From Thecamonas trahens ATCC 50062 (lineage: Eukaryota > Protista > Apusomonadida): a stretch of 64,000 nucleotides of DNA. Below are positions 20,792 to 31,915 of the stretch, piece by piece (positions within the stretch are counted from its first letter, which is position 1; every line of letters begins with the position of its first letter). The notes under the pieces were generated by a model that was not told the DNA's origin, searched no databases, and saw only the letters and a list, made by a program, of their open reading frames with translations. Made by a program: the position numbers and the translations under genes. The stretch is from contig NW_013657627.1 of NCBI RefSeq assembly GCF_000142905.1, positions 162,204 to 226,203 on the forward strand. The letters run 5' to 3'.

Positions 20792-22852
20792 CTACGGTTT
20801 GGCCTGTGGCGGGAGTGGTGCAGGGCGCGAGGGTGGGTGCGATGCCAGAGTGTCAAGAGCAAGGGGTGGCGGGGCGCTGCCGATGATGCGGACGTCCGAG
20901 CCGCCAGCCTCGCCAAAGTGGTAAAAGTCGCTGGGCGACGACGCGCGGCGTCTGCGAATGACGACGGCCGCGATGACGGCGACAATGCAGAGAAGAAGAC
21001 CACCACCAGCAGCACCGTACATCCACATTGGCTGATCTAGAATCGGAGACGGCGACGGCGAGTTGGACGGTGCAATCTGCCCGGCCGAGACTGAGGAGGA
21101 GGCTGTCGAGACAGCAGGAGGCGGCGGCGTAGGTGGTGACGGAGATGGTGATGGTGGTGTAGGCGATGGGGGAAGAGGAGAGGGAGAGGGAGAGGGAGAG
21201 GGAGGGGGTGGCGACATGAGTGGTGTGCCAGGTGGTGGCGATGGCGGTGGCGGCGATGGCGATGGCGATGGTGGCGGCGGCGATGGCGATGGCGATGGCG
21301 GTGGCGACATGGGTGGGGTGCCAGGTGGTGGCGATGGCGGTGGCGGCGATGGCGATGGCGGTGGCGGCGATGGCGGTGGCGGCGATGGCGGTGGCGGCGA
21401 TGGCGATGGCGATGGCGGCGGCGGCGGGCTTGTGCACGAGCCGGTGCACGAGCCGGCAAACGAGACGGGGACAACACCCGAGAGCTGCGCAAGCGCAATG
21501 GTCTGCGAGGGAAGAATGTGCGGCGAGTGGAGCGAGAGCGTGACGCCGACCGAAGAGCCGACGGTGCCGGACCAGGCGATCTCACCAACGACAACTGGGC
21601 TCGAGCCCGGGACAGTTGAGGCGGCTGGCAGCGAAAACGAAGATGTTGCGGACTCGCCGTCGATTGAAGCGACGACCACGAGGTCGTAGTACGACGGGGC
21701 GAGCCCGATCGAGTCGACGGTGACCGCCAGCCGGAGGCAGGGCGAAGGAGAGGGTGAGCTGCACGGGTCAGCGTCGACGTTGGAGATGACAAAGCGGTAG
21801 CCGAGCTCGGTGACGGCGGCGAGGGCGTTTGCGCCGCGGCCGTCGTCTGCGCTCGGATTCTCAAACAGCCAGTGATACAGGAGCCACGAGAAGCGCAGCG
21901 ACTGGGCCGACGGCAGGAACGGGTGGCCCGAGTACGAGTTGCGGAAAATGTTGGGCTGGACCGAGGGCTGGACCTCGCCGCCCATGGGCGCGACGAGGTA
22001 GCGGTCGGCGATGCCGCGGGCCGCCATGCGATCGTAAGTGTACCAGCTCTGCGGGTTCGAGGCCGAGTACGTGCCAACGCCAAAGTTGTCATCGTGCCAG
22101 CCGAGCGAGGTCGACGGAATGAGTGGCGGCGGGTCCGATGCCTGCCACTGATCGAGCTGGTCGGAGGAGACGACGACACGGGTGGTCGCAAAGGCGGAGT
22201 CGTAGGCCTGCCACACAGCGAGCTGTGTGGCCTGCGGAGCCATCTGGGCTGTGTTTGGGTAAGTGTGCCACTCACCCCAGTAGCCGAGCAGGCCAACCAT
22301 GATAAAGGCGATGCGGCTGTCGCCATCGTACCGCGCGCCCATGGCAGCGATGGCGCCGGTCATGGCGTCGACCAGGCGCTGATTGCCGTAGTCGGGCGAC
22401 TGCCCGCCGCCGTACTCCGAGTAGGGAGTAAAGGTGACCGGCGACGGCGGCGAGAGGAGATAGTCCGGCACGGCGGTCTCGTACCCGCCGCCTGCTGCGC
22501 AGCAGTCTGGGTAGTCGAGATAGAGGCGGAAGACGAGCTGGTTGCCTCGCCCGGCGGCATCGGCCAGCAGCCCGTCGAGGACCGACCACTGGTACACACC
22601 CTCGCCCACCACCACGTCCTTCAGCGCCAGGTACGAGTACTCCATCGAGTGCGGGAACGAGTACCGCCCGACTCCACTCCCGCGTGCGTACGGAAGGAAG
22701 CCCACCAGCGCGTTGCCGGCCGTCACTCCCGTGTTGCTCGCCGTTGACGGTGCCGCCGTGTCGCACGCCGCCTGCGCCCCGCTGCAGCCAGCCACCACAG
22801 CCACCCACACAGCCACAGCCACAGCCACCACTCTGCCCATCTTCAGAGACAT
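20792..22852 (-). CDS. Type I membrane protein: DUF4832-like glycoside-hydrolase-type domain, Ser/Pro stalk, TM, short tail
   Basis: Signal peptide; G.Y.W..LD, RLYLDYP, RYDGDSRIAF, GLLGYWGEWH, PMGGE, LGYRF motifs; (SPPPP)n stalk; TM WMYGAAGGGLLLCIVAVIAAVVI followed by RRRR. Confidence 0.8.
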   Translation of the reverse strand: MSLKMGRVVAVAVAVWVAVVAGCSGAQAACDTAAPSTASNTGVTAGNALVGFLPYARGSGVGRYSFPHSMEYSYLALKDVVVGEGVYQWSVLDGLLADAAGRGNQLVFRLYLDYPDCCAAGGGYETAVPDYLLSPPSPVTFTPYSEYGGGQSPDYGNQRLVDAMTGAIAAMGARYDGDSRIAFIMVGLLGYWGEWHTYPNTAQMAPQATQLAVWQAYDSAFATTRVVVSSDQLDQWQASDPPPLIPSTSLGWHDDNFGVGTYSASNPQSWYTYDRMAARGIADRYLVAPMGGEVQPSVQPNIFRNSYSGHPFLPSAQSLRFSWLLYHWLFENPSADDGRGANALAAVTELGYRFVISNVDADPCSSPSPSPCLRLAVTVDSIGLAPSYYDLVVVASIDGESATSSFSLPAASTVPGSSPVVVGEIAWSGTVGSSVGVTLSLHSPHILPSQTIALAQLSGVVPVSFAGSCTGSCTSPPPPPSPSPSPPPPSPPPPSPPPPSPSPPPPSPPPGTPPMSPPPSPSPSPPPPSPSPSPPPPSPPPGTPLMSPPPPSPSPSPSPLPPSPTPPSPSPSPPTPPPPAVSTASSSVSAGQIAPSNSPSPSPILDQPMWMYGAAGGGLLLCIVAVIAAVVIRRRRASSPSDFYHFGEAGGSDVRIIGSAPPPLALDTLASHPPSRPAPLPPQAKP
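21120..21430 (-). repeat. Coding SP/PPP extensin-like repeat
   Basis: GGCGAT/GGCGGT repeats on + encode SPSPPPPSPPPP on -. Confidence 0.85.
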
Positions 22853-23461
22853 GGGACAGGAGAGGTGTATGGCAGGATGGGGGAGGGGGGGGAGGGGGGA
22901 GGTGGTGAGGTGGGAGTGCGGTGCCGGAGGGGGAAACGTTGCCACACGCCAATCCTTTTTTTTTTCGGAAGGGATTGGAGAGAGTGAGAAAGAAGGAGGC
23001 CGCACGGATGGCCTGTGGCCTGATGGTTGGCTTGCGGCAAGGGGGAGGGATGATGAGAGAGGGGGGAGGAGGAGGAAAAGATGTATGGCTGCTTGGGGCT
23101 CGGTGGGTGGAGAGAGTAGCGGCGAAGGGGCGCTCGGGTGATCTGGGCAAGAGACGACTTTTTCTCCCAAAATTCGAAATGTGCAGCTCGCGTGTGGGAA
23201 AGAGAGAGAGCGGCTGCTCATTGGCCCAGATGGCTGCGATGGAATGAAGGGGAGAAATGATGAATGTGTGTGTGGAGGGGGGGCGGAGTCATGCAGCCGT
23301 CGCAACCAACGTTGCATGCGATAAGAGAACAGGAGCAGAGCTGGTCCAGAGGCAAGAAAATTTGTGCCGCGCCCCTCCCCCCCCCCACCTCATCCCCATT
23401 CCGCCAAAAGCCTCCGCGAGCGGCTGAGCCAGCGCTCTTCCCCCCGGCGAGCCACCTCTCC

Positions 23462-24107
23462 ATGCCCCGGCTCCCCATCCCAGCCACCATGAACAAGGAC
23501 AAGCGGTTCCCTTCGACCATGGTGTGGACCCCGATTCCCCTCATTACGTACGCTCTCCCTCCTCTCCCCCTCACCTTCCCCCCTCTAGCCCACATTCACC
23601 GCACCCACTCACCACCACCCCCACTACAGTTGGCTCCTTCCCTTCATCGGGCACATGGGCCTGACAGACTCTGAGGGGACGATCTTCGACTTTGCCGGTC
23701 CGTACACCATCAACGTCTCCAAGCGGACGACGGCGTTCGGCCCACCGGCAAAGGTGGCGCCCATGTTTGAGTACATGGGCGGTGACGGCGGAAGCGAGAG
23801 CCGGAGCCTGTGGGACTCTGGCGTGGCAGCCGGCTCGGAGGAGTTCCGCCATCGCATGCACAACCTCATCTGCAACAACTGCCACGACCACGTCGCCGAG
23901 TGCCTCAACGTCATGCGCTATCCGGTCCCGGCCTGGGCTTGGGCCCCGCGGTGGGGCATGATCTCCGTCTGGCTGTACATGCTCCTCCATGGCAGGTACA
24001 CCTCGTGGTCCGCCATCGTCAAGACCTACCTCCCGGCCCTGGTCCTCTGGTCGATCATTCTCGGCTTCATGTACATGCCGTTCTGGCTCTCCCGTACCGA
24101 CGAGTGA
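23462..24107 (+). CDS. TMEM222: TMEM222/RTE1-like (DUF778); exons 23462..23547 and 23630..24107
   Basis: Splicing gives RFPSTMVWTPIP LITWLLPFIGHMG; also DFAGPY and HNLICNNCHDHVA. The start could be 23489. Confidence 0.9.
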
Positions 24108-24125
24108 CCGCTTGCTCCTCCGCCT

Positions 24126-26030
24126 CTACCCGCGGGTGATCCGATGCCAGCCGAGGACGGTGTGGACGTACTCGAGGTCGACCGCCGCAAACGGAGTCTT
24201 GCACAGCGGGCAAACGTTCTCGGTGCATCGCGAGTTGAGCACCACCGCCATGCACCCGAGATGGACGGTGTGGACACAGTCGGTGAGCGCGTACAGCGCA
24301 CGCTCGGCAGCGGTCTCCACCCCGACTACCGCTGCGCCCGCCGGCGAGACGATGCACCTCGCCTCGGCGTGGTCGTCCCAGAGGTCGACGTCGCGCGAGA
24401 GCCCGTGCGCCACAAAGGCAGCGATCGACGCTCCGGCCCGCGTCGACACAAAGTAGTCGGGAATCGGCGCCGGGTGCGCCAGCGGGAGCAGGCAGGTGGC
24501 ACACACCGGGGCAGAGCCATGCCACTCGGCAGCAGGCACCGCAGGCAGCTGCGACACAATCCGCGAGACCCGCGCCTGGAGCTCGGTTGCAAGCGTAGGC
24601 CCGGCTGTCGCCGCCTCCCGCCCCGGCTCGTCTTGCGGGCTCTCCGACTTGGGCGTCCCGTCGTCAAGCATGTCTAGCAGTTCAAGCGGCGGCGGCGCCA
24701 AGCGCGGCGCGGCGCCATTGGCGTCCAGCACGCTCTGCACCTCGGCCGATGCTGCCGAGTACGCCATGACGACAGCCGCGTCGGGCGCCGCCCGCGTCCG
24801 TATCATCACTCCGGCCACCTCGATCTCGGGCGACGCAAAAACCGCAAAAACCTCCCGCCGCCGCGCGGGCATGAGGTCGAGGAAGCCGCCGCCGATCACG
24901 CCCTGGGCGTGGAGCCGCGCCACCGACGCAGCGCCGCGGACCAGGCTCGCCGCCGCGGCCTCGACGCTGGCAAGCACCGCCTCCTCATCAGGCCCCCATG
25001 GTCTGTGCGAGACAAGCGCGTCGACCGCCTGCCGCTTGCCCACCGTCCGCGACGCCGCCAGCCCACGCGCCGTGGCCAGCCGCCGGTACGCCGCGTACAC
25101 GTACGGCCGCGCGAGCTGACGGATCCGCTCGCGCAGCCGCTCGGCTGCCGCGGCCGAGCCCTGCGCACACTCTGCACACAGAAACGTCTCCGGCACATGC
25201 CGTCCGCCCGGCAGCCCTACACATGCCATGTGTTTCCACGTCCCACATTCGTCGCATGCAATCGCCGGTCCGTCAATCCGCTGCTGCGGCTTGCACGAGC
25301 ACGTCAGCTGGCCCGTCGCCGCCGGCAGCCGGCCTGCAGCCGGTGATCGTGGTGCGGCTGGTGATTGCGCATCTGCAGACGTGAGCGGCGGCGATGGATG
25401 CACCGCCTCGCCCGACTGCTCAGCCACCGGCGAAGCCTCGCCCAGTTGCCCGGCTGCCGTCGGTGCCTCGCCCGGCGAAGCCTCGCCCAGTTGCCCGGCT
25501 GCCGTCGGTGCCTCGCCCGGCGAAGCCTCGCCCAGTTGCCCGGCTGCCGTCGGTGCCTCGCCCGGCGAAGCCTCGCCCAGTTGCCCGGCTGCCGTCGGTG
25601 CCTCGCCCGGCTCGCGCTTGCCGGTCGGAGTTTCACGCCCTTTTTCGGCCGCCGGTGATCGCTCGCTGGTTGATCGCGCGCCGGACTGGTCGCCTTCCAC
25701 AGCGAGTTGAACAGGCGTTGCAGCGCGTGATGGTGCTGCCGGAGCAGGAGGAGCAGTCATAGCCAAGACATGGTTGAGCCATCGAGTGTGGGCGCGGCGG
25801 GTGGACCTGGGCGCGTAAACAGGCTCCCCCGGCGGGGACAACTCGAGCGTAGCGTGATCACTTTTCTGAGTCTTCGGGCACCTGAATCCACAATGTTTTT
25901 TAGCCAGGCTGACTCCCCCTATCGCCACCGGCTCTGCTCGCCGCTTGCGCCTACGCGTGTGTGGGCTTCCCGAGATGGCTGCAGGAGGCGGAGGCGGTGG
26001 TGGCGGGCTGGGTCTATGACTTGGATCCAT
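24126..26030 (-). CDS. PHD finger and C-terminal RING-like protein
   Basis: PHD: CSC..IACDECGTWKHMAC..FLCAEC. RING-like: CATC...CVHTVHLGC...CPLC. Basic NLS RRRKRR. Confidence 0.7.
   Translation of the reverse strand: MDPSHRPSPPPPPPPPAAISGSPHTRRRKRRAEPVAIGGVSLAKKHCGFRCPKTQKSDHATLELSPPGEPVYAPRSTRRAHTRWLNHVLAMTAPPAPAAPSRAATPVQLAVEGDQSGARSTSERSPAAEKGRETPTGKREPGEAPTAAGQLGEASPGEAPTAAGQLGEASPGEAPTAAGQLGEASPGEAPTAAGQLGEASPVAEQSGEAVHPSPPLTSADAQSPAAPRSPAAGRLPAATGQLTCSCKPQQRIDGPAIACDECGTWKHMACVGLPGGRHVPETFLCAECAQGSAAAAERLRERIRQLARPYVYAAYRRLATARGLAASRTVGKRQAVDALVSHRPWGPDEEAVLASVEAAAASLVRGAASVARLHAQGVIGGGFLDLMPARRREVFAVFASPEIEVAGVMIRTRAAPDAAVVMAYSAASAEVQSVLDANGAAPRLAPPPLELLDMLDDGTPKSESPQDEPGREAATAGPTLATELQARVSRIVSQLPAVPAAEWHGSAPVCATCLLPLAHPAPIPDYFVSTRAGASIAAFVAHGLSRDVDLWDDHAEARCIVSPAGAAVVGVETAAERALYALTDCVHTVHLGCMAVVLNSRCTENVCPLCKTPFAAVDLEYVHTVLGWHRITRG
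25427..25610. repeat. 45-bp coding tandem repeat, 4 identical copies (GEAPTAAGQLGEASP)
   Basis: CCGGCGAAGCCTCGCCCAGTTGCCCGGCTGCCGTCGGTGCCTCGC at 25427, 25472, 25517 and 25562. Confidence 0.95.
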
Positions 26031-26137
26031 CGGTAGAGGGGGGGGGGGGGGGGACAAGTGTGATAGGGGGCGGTGTGTACGGCGGCGCTGGGTGAGGCGG
26101 CGGGCGGGTGGGCCGAGCTGCGAGTTGGGATCACCGA

Positions 26138-27825
26138 TCAGCGGACGACGAGCGAGGCCAGGAGCTGCTGGATGGAGGCATCATTGCGGATGATGGTGGC
26201 CTTGAGGGCAAGATTCTTGGCGAGCTGATTCTTGATGGCCTCGTCAACCTGGCGGAGCTTGGCCTCCAAGGGCTCGAGCTCTGCGGCGGCGGCCTTGCGG
26301 TGCTTGGCGAGGGCGGCCTTGTGCGACTCGGCGTCTGCGACGTAGCCGTTGAGCTCGCGGGTCATCGACGCCATGTCTTCCTGCACGTAGTCCATCAGCT
26401 GGCCGAGCTTGGTGACCTGCGGCGCGGCGTGCTGCAGAGCATCGCAGAGCTCGCCAAGCTCGCGGGCGCCTACGGCTGGTGCGCTGGCAGCCGAGCCTGC
26501 CGAGCCGCCGGCCGAGCCTCCGGCGCGCTTCTTCTTGAGAATGATACCCGTTGAGCCCGAGGCCTGCGTCGTCTCGGCCTGCTTGGCCTCAACAGCCTGG
26601 ATCTTGGCCTGAGCCGACTTGAGCTGCGCCACAAGCTTCCCGTCGGGGGCCGAGCTAGCTGCTGCCGGCCGCGAGCTGCCACCGGCCCCGCCGACGGCCA
26701 TAAAGTCTTCGTCGTCGCCCGAGTCGTCGTCGCGGATGATGGCTTTGTTGACGACAGTGCGGTCGGCGCCAGAGCCCGGGCGCCCCCGTCCACCGGTGCG
26801 CGCCTTGGGCGGCCCCGTTCTCGTCGTCGCCCGGATGATTGGCTGCTGCCGAGTGGCTGGCTCGACTGGTGCGGCAGCTGGCTGCTCTGCAGGCGGCGCT
26901 GCCGCCGCCGCCAGCTCGGGACCACGGCTCGCCTCGTTCTGATCCGCCTGCGCCGGCTCGGCCGGCACTGCCTGAACTTGCTTCGGCCGCTGGCGCTTGC
27001 CGCGTGCTGACGACGGACGCGCCGGGCGCTTGGCTGGCTCTGCAGGTTCTGCGGGCGGGGCCTGCGGCTCGGCCTCGGGCGCAGGTGCGGGCGCCTTTGC
27101 CTTTGCCTTTGCCTTGTCCTTACCCTTGGCTTTCGCCGCTCCACGCTCGGGCATGTGCTCACCGGCGCGGACACGGCGTACGGCATCGGGCATGTCGACC
27201 GACTTTGAGACGGCAGCCTTGGCCAGCATGGTGAGGAAGATGTTGGTCCGCTTGGGCTCGAGGCCGGCCACGATCTTCTTTGGCTTGACCGGGACGTTCA
27301 TGTCAAGGGCGATGCCCACAACATCGATGACCTTTGTCAGAAAGGCGATCTTGTCAGCCTTGCCCTTGATATTGCTCACATCGAGCTCTGCCGGCTCAAA
27401 CAGGCCGTCGGCAAAGTGCCGCTTGGCCACCAGCGCCACCACCACGTCGTGCAGAAAGCGGAACGGCGGACGAGCGAGCACCTTTTCATCCATAGCAGGC
27501 GTCTGTGCAGGCGAAGCATGTGTGTGTGATTGTGAATGTGTGTGTGTGCGTGCGCGGGCAAGGGACGGGGAGGTGGCTGTGGTGTGAGTGTGTGTGTGTG
27601 CGGTGGCTGGGTAGGTGGTGGTGGTTTGGCGCGCAGGCGGTGGCTGGGGGNNNNNNNNNNNNNNNNNNNNNNNNNNNNNNNNNNNNNNNNNNNNNNNNNN
27701 NNNNNNNNNNNNNNNNNNNNNNNNNNNNNNNNNNNNNNNNNNNNNNNNNNTACGCTAATGACCCTCCCCAGGGTGGACTGGGTCTTCTTGATCTTGTCCA
27801 TCAGGTCGGAGGGGATGTCCGCCAT
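26138..27825 (-). CDS. IFT54: Intraflagellar transport protein 54 (TRAF3IP1/MIP-T3); exons 27754..27825 and 26138..27502
   Basis: KTQSTLGRVIS|TPAMDEKVLARPPFRFLHD, KIAFLTK, KKIVAGLEPKRTNIFL, and C-terminal coiled coil LGQLMDYVQEDMASM. The intron spans the gap. Confidence 0.92.
27651..27750. other. Assembly gap (100 N) inside the IFT54 intron
   Basis: Run of N. Confidence 0.99.
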
Positions 27826-28480
27826 GATGAGTCCCCGTGTGTGCTTGGTGGTGGTGGTGGTGGTGGGGTAGTAGCTGTGGGGTGGGATGGGTGGGGTTGG
27901 CGTTGGCTGCCGTCGACGGTCGGCTCGGTGGCGGCCAGGTCGTGTCCTCCAGCCGCTGTCGATCAAACTCTCGGTCCTCCTCCCTCCTCCCTCCCTCCTC
28001 CCCCCCCTCCCGTTCCATCTCCATCAACCCGTCAACATCCCCTTTTCTCCATCGCACCAATCTCTACGCCTGCTCTTACCCCATATATTCTGATCATCCC
28101 CATCCCATCCCATCCCATCCCCCCTCTCCCCCCACTTCCTTCTCTTTGTCGTAACAAATGTCACTTGAGGGAACACTCTCGCGCCAACCTCACCTCCCTC
28201 TCCCCGTTCCTCCCCTCCCCCGACTGCCTCAGCCCCCACCCCTAACACATCAGACATTCCTCTTTACGCCACCTTACGTCGCACTTGTCGACAGCAGTCA
28301 CACCTTCTTCGCTACCTCCCCCCTCCCCCCCCCCCCCTTCGGTACCTGCAATAGGCACAGGTGGTCGGAGCAGTCGGCAAAGAGGTTCGATTGTTCCAGA
28401 GCGGCAGGGCTAGGCAGAGACAGAGCCAGACAAGGCAGATCAGTGGAAGCTGGCAAGTGGCTGCGTGGGACCGAGACATC

Positions 28481-30688
28481 ATGCTAGATGCAGAGTATCA
28501 TAGGGTGGAGTCTGGAGACATGCCGCTGGTGGATATGTCCGCAGGCGACGTGAGCGGCAAGAGTGGCGGCGGCCGGCAGCCGCTGCTCGGCTCGGGCGAG
28601 GGCGGGCAAGGTCCATCGCCGTTTGCCAACATCGCATCCCCGGACGGCTTTCTCAAGCAAACGTATCTGTACTACGTGGGGCTTGGGTACTGGCCGATTG
28701 TGACGCAGCAGGTGTTTGATCTGCTCACGCTTGCGTTTGTCATCTTTCTCTTTGGCTTTGTCACGATGGCGGTCGAGTACGGCCGGCTGCTGGACGATCT
28801 GTCTGCCGAGAATCGGATTGCCTTTGTGGACTACATGTCGTTTGCGCCCGAGAAGCATCCGTTTGCGCTCCTCTGCGCCATTCTTTTCTCGCTCTATTGG
28901 CTGACATCGCTGTACTGGTTTGTGGTCTCGCTCCCGCTGCTGGGGAGAGTAGCCGCGTTCTACAAGGCCGAGGTGTACGAGGCGAGCGATCGTGGCGGCG
29001 ACTGGAACCTTAAGGCGCGGCCGTGGTCTGCGGTGGTTGCGCGAGTGTCTGCGGCGCAGCGGCGCAACGCCATGATCCGGACGGTCGACTCGCTGGACGC
29101 ACTCGACGTGACCAACATCATCATGCGTCAGGAGAACTTTATGCTTGGGCTGTACGAGGCGCACATCCTTGGCATCCACCCGATCAACGCGGGATGGCTC
29201 CGGTGGGTGCCTGTCGAGGTCCCGTTCCTCAACAAGAGCTACCCGGTGGTCACAGCGGCACTCGACTACAACTACCGGCACATTGTGCTCAACTACGTGT
29301 TCTCGGGCTCGGGCGGCGGAGTCCACCCTGTGCTGAGCAGTGGGCCGCTGAGCGCGTCGCGGCGAGCGCGGCTGGTCGCCGGCCTCCGCACCCAGTTCCG
29401 GATCGGTGCTGTGGTCAACCTTGTGCTCATGCCGTTCATCCTTGTCTTTCTTGTCTTTTACTTTTTCTTCAAGTACGGAGAGCAGTTTCACTCGAACCCG
29501 CACTCGCTCTCGGCCCGGGCCTGGTCGCCGTACGCCAAGCGCATCTTCCGCATGTACAACGAGCTGCTCCACGAGTTTGAGAACCGCGTTAACAAAGCGC
29601 ACGCGCCGGCGTATCGCTACCTGCAGCAGTTCCCGCCAGCCATCACCGCTACCCTCGCCAAGTTTGTGGCCTTCCTCGTCGGCTCGGCCACCATTCTCTT
29701 TGTCGTTCTCTCGCTCATTGACCAGAACGCGTACTTTAACCTCGAGATCACACCCGACAAGTCGGTTGTTTTCTACCTCGGGCCTGCCGCAGCAATTCTG
29801 GCGTTGGCTCGGTCGTTCATCCCTGCGCCGTACGTGACATACGACGCCGACAAGGCCCTGCACGACGTCGCCGCGCACACCCGCTTCCTCCCGCCGGCGT
29901 GGGAGCACGGAGCTGGGACGCGTGAGGTCCTCGCTCAGTTTTCGGAGCTCTTCCAGTACAAGGTCGTTCTCTTTCTGCAGGAGCTCATCTCGGTCGTCCT
30001 CATGCCGTGGCTCCTGCTCTCGGCCTCAATGGGCTCAACGCCCGAAGAGGTCCTCCGATTCTTTGAGGAAAATCTCGTCGAGGTCCGCGGCCTTGGCCAC
30101 CTCTGCCGGCCGGCACGGTTTGATCTAGACGCGGCTGTGACAGAGGTTGGTGCGGCATCGCTTTCGGACTCTATTGCTGCCCTCGCCGAGCCGGGCAAGG
30201 CCAACCACGACCTCGTCCTCAACTCGTTTGTCAACTTTGCGGCGAATCACCCCGAGTGGGTTCCGTGCCCGTCTGGAACGGCGCTGCTGCAGTCGATTGC
30301 GTCGGTGCCGGATCTGGAGACGCCGGCCGGCGGCGCACTGCTGCAGTCGCCGGCGGCATCGTCGGTCGCGCTCGCAGCCTCGCTCACCACCTCGATCCGC
30401 CGAGTGGCCGGCGAGCCGGCCGCCGTCCCGCGAGTCGCGCGCTCGCCGTCGGTCTCGGCCTCGCAACAATGGTTCTCGCTCCTCGACACCCAACGGGCCG
30501 CCATCCAGCTGCCTCACGTCGACACTCGCTACTGCCCGCCACCCATTGCCGATGCCGCCCTCCCGCCGCCGCCATTCTCGTCGTCATCGTACGACTGTGA
30601 CCCACCGCTCAATCTTGGCGGCGGCCGCGACGACGACGATGACGATCATCAGGTCGTGGGCACGTCGTCCGACTCGTCGTCGCGATGA
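28481..30688 (+). CDS. ATG9: Autophagy-related protein 9 lipid scramblase
   Basis: DGFLKQTYLYY..G, IMRQENF, ARAWSPYA, YNELLHEF..R, YLQQFP, ELFQYK..FLQEL, VEVRGLGHLC. Confidence 0.92.
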   Translation: MLDAEYHRVESGDMPLVDMSAGDVSGKSGGGRQPLLGSGEGGQGPSPFANIASPDGFLKQTYLYYVGLGYWPIVTQQVFDLLTLAFVIFLFGFVTMAVEYGRLLDDLSAENRIAFVDYMSFAPEKHPFALLCAILFSLYWLTSLYWFVVSLPLLGRVAAFYKAEVYEASDRGGDWNLKARPWSAVVARVSAAQRRNAMIRTVDSLDALDVTNIIMRQENFMLGLYEAHILGIHPINAGWLRWVPVEVPFLNKSYPVVTAALDYNYRHIVLNYVFSGSGGGVHPVLSSGPLSASRRARLVAGLRTQFRIGAVVNLVLMPFILVFLVFYFFFKYGEQFHSNPHSLSARAWSPYAKRIFRMYNELLHEFENRVNKAHAPAYRYLQQFPPAITATLAKFVAFLVGSATILFVVLSLIDQNAYFNLEITPDKSVVFYLGPAAAILALARSFIPAPYVTYDADKALHDVAAHTRFLPPAWEHGAGTREVLAQFSELFQYKVVLFLQELISVVLMPWLLLSASMGSTPEEVLRFFEENLVEVRGLGHLCRPARFDLDAAVTEVGAASLSDSIAALAEPGKANHDLVLNSFVNFAANHPEWVPCPSGTALLQSIASVPDLETPAGGALLQSPAASSVALAASLTTSIRRVAGEPAAVPRVARSPSVSASQQWFSLLDTQRAAIQLPHVDTRYCPPPIADAALPPPPFSSSSYDCDPPLNLGGGRDDDDDDHQVVGTSSDSSSR

Positions 30689-30835
30689 ATAGCCTTGATC
30701 CGAGGTGACAATGAACAAGGTCCATGGTTCAGAGCAAGCAAGCAGCGCAGAGAGGGGAAACGCACCCAAACGACCGAGGACAGCCACCCCCCTCTCCCCT
30801 CACCACACCACTTCCCCCCCCCCCCCCCCCCTCCC

Positions 30836-31915
30836 ATGCCCTCCTCCTCCGCTACACTGGCTATCCTCCTTGTGGTGGCAAGCGTCACCGCTCTGGCAGC
30901 AGGCACGGCTCCGCCGCCCCCGGCGTGTACCAGCCAAGGCTCGCCGTCTGCGGCGCTCTCGTGCCTGGTCCCGGCCTCGCTGGCCTCGCTCAACATGTCT
31001 TTCACAGCCGACGTTGCCGTTGTCCGCTCGGCAGCCACCATCTCGGGCAGACTCGTCATCGGCTCGGGTGCTACGGTTGTTGTTCACGACGCAGTGCTCA
31101 CCGTCTCCGGCTCGAGCCAGGTCAGCGGCGGTGTCCTCGCCATCCAGGGCGATGCGGGGCAGGCCAATCTCGACGGCGGCCTGATGATGAGCGAGAGTGG
31201 CGGACGGATCGAGTTTGAGGCCTCTGACGCCCGGGTCAATGCCGGTGCGACGGCGGCGCCTGTGGTTGTTACCGGCAATCTCGCGCCGGGCGGCGCGACT
31301 GTCGCTGTCTCTCTTACCCCGGCCGTCCGCGATCGCCTCCGCGATGGCACGCCCATGGTCTGGCTCACCTTTTCCGGCGAGCTGGTTTCTGGCTCGGCCG
31401 ACTTTGGTGTGAGTGTCACCATCGCTTCCGCCGCCCGCAGTGAGAAGCCGACCACCACCGCCTTTGGCTCGCTCCTCGCCGCGCCGGCCATCCGGTGCTC
31501 GGCTGCGAGCAAGCAGTGTACCTTTGGCTTTGAGGCCAACGGGCTCTCACCGTCATCCGACAACAATACCCTCGTCATCCTCGCCACTCTCGGCACCCTC
31601 ATGCTCTCGCTCATCGTCGCCATCTGCGCCGCTCTCGCAGTCGCCCGCTCCAAGAACGTCAAGGTCCTCCGCGAGCGCGTCGCCCTCGCCCAAGCCAACC
31701 CTGAAGCCTATCAAGCTGCCAACAAGTCCAAGCTCCTGCCCAGCACGCCGCTCAAGCCCAAGCCGGAAGCAGCCGCGCCCGTCGATGACACCACCGACGA
31801 TGCCGCCGACGACACCACCGACGATGCCGCCGACGACTTTACCTACGTCACTGCCACCTCGGACTCGGGTGCCACCTTGGGCTCGGACTCGGGCCCGGAC
31901 TCGGGCTCATCGTAG
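30836..31915 (+). CDS. Single-pass type I membrane protein, unknown function
   Basis: Signal peptide MPSSSATLAILLVVASVTALA, beta-rich ectodomain, TM LVILATLGTLMLSLIVAICAALAV, acidic tail. Confidence 0.7.
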   Translation: MPSSSATLAILLVVASVTALAAGTAPPPPACTSQGSPSAALSCLVPASLASLNMSFTADVAVVRSAATISGRLVIGSGATVVVHDAVLTVSGSSQVSGGVLAIQGDAGQANLDGGLMMSESGGRIEFEASDARVNAGATAAPVVVTGNLAPGGATVAVSLTPAVRDRLRDGTPMVWLTFSGELVSGSADFGVSVTIASAARSEKPTTTAFGSLLAAPAIRCSAASKQCTFGFEANGLSPSSDNNTLVILATLGTLMLSLIVAICAALAVARSKNVKVLRERVALAQANPEAYQAANKSKLLPSTPLKPKPEAAAPVDDTTDDAADDTTDDAADDFTYVTATSDSGATLGSDSGPDSGSS

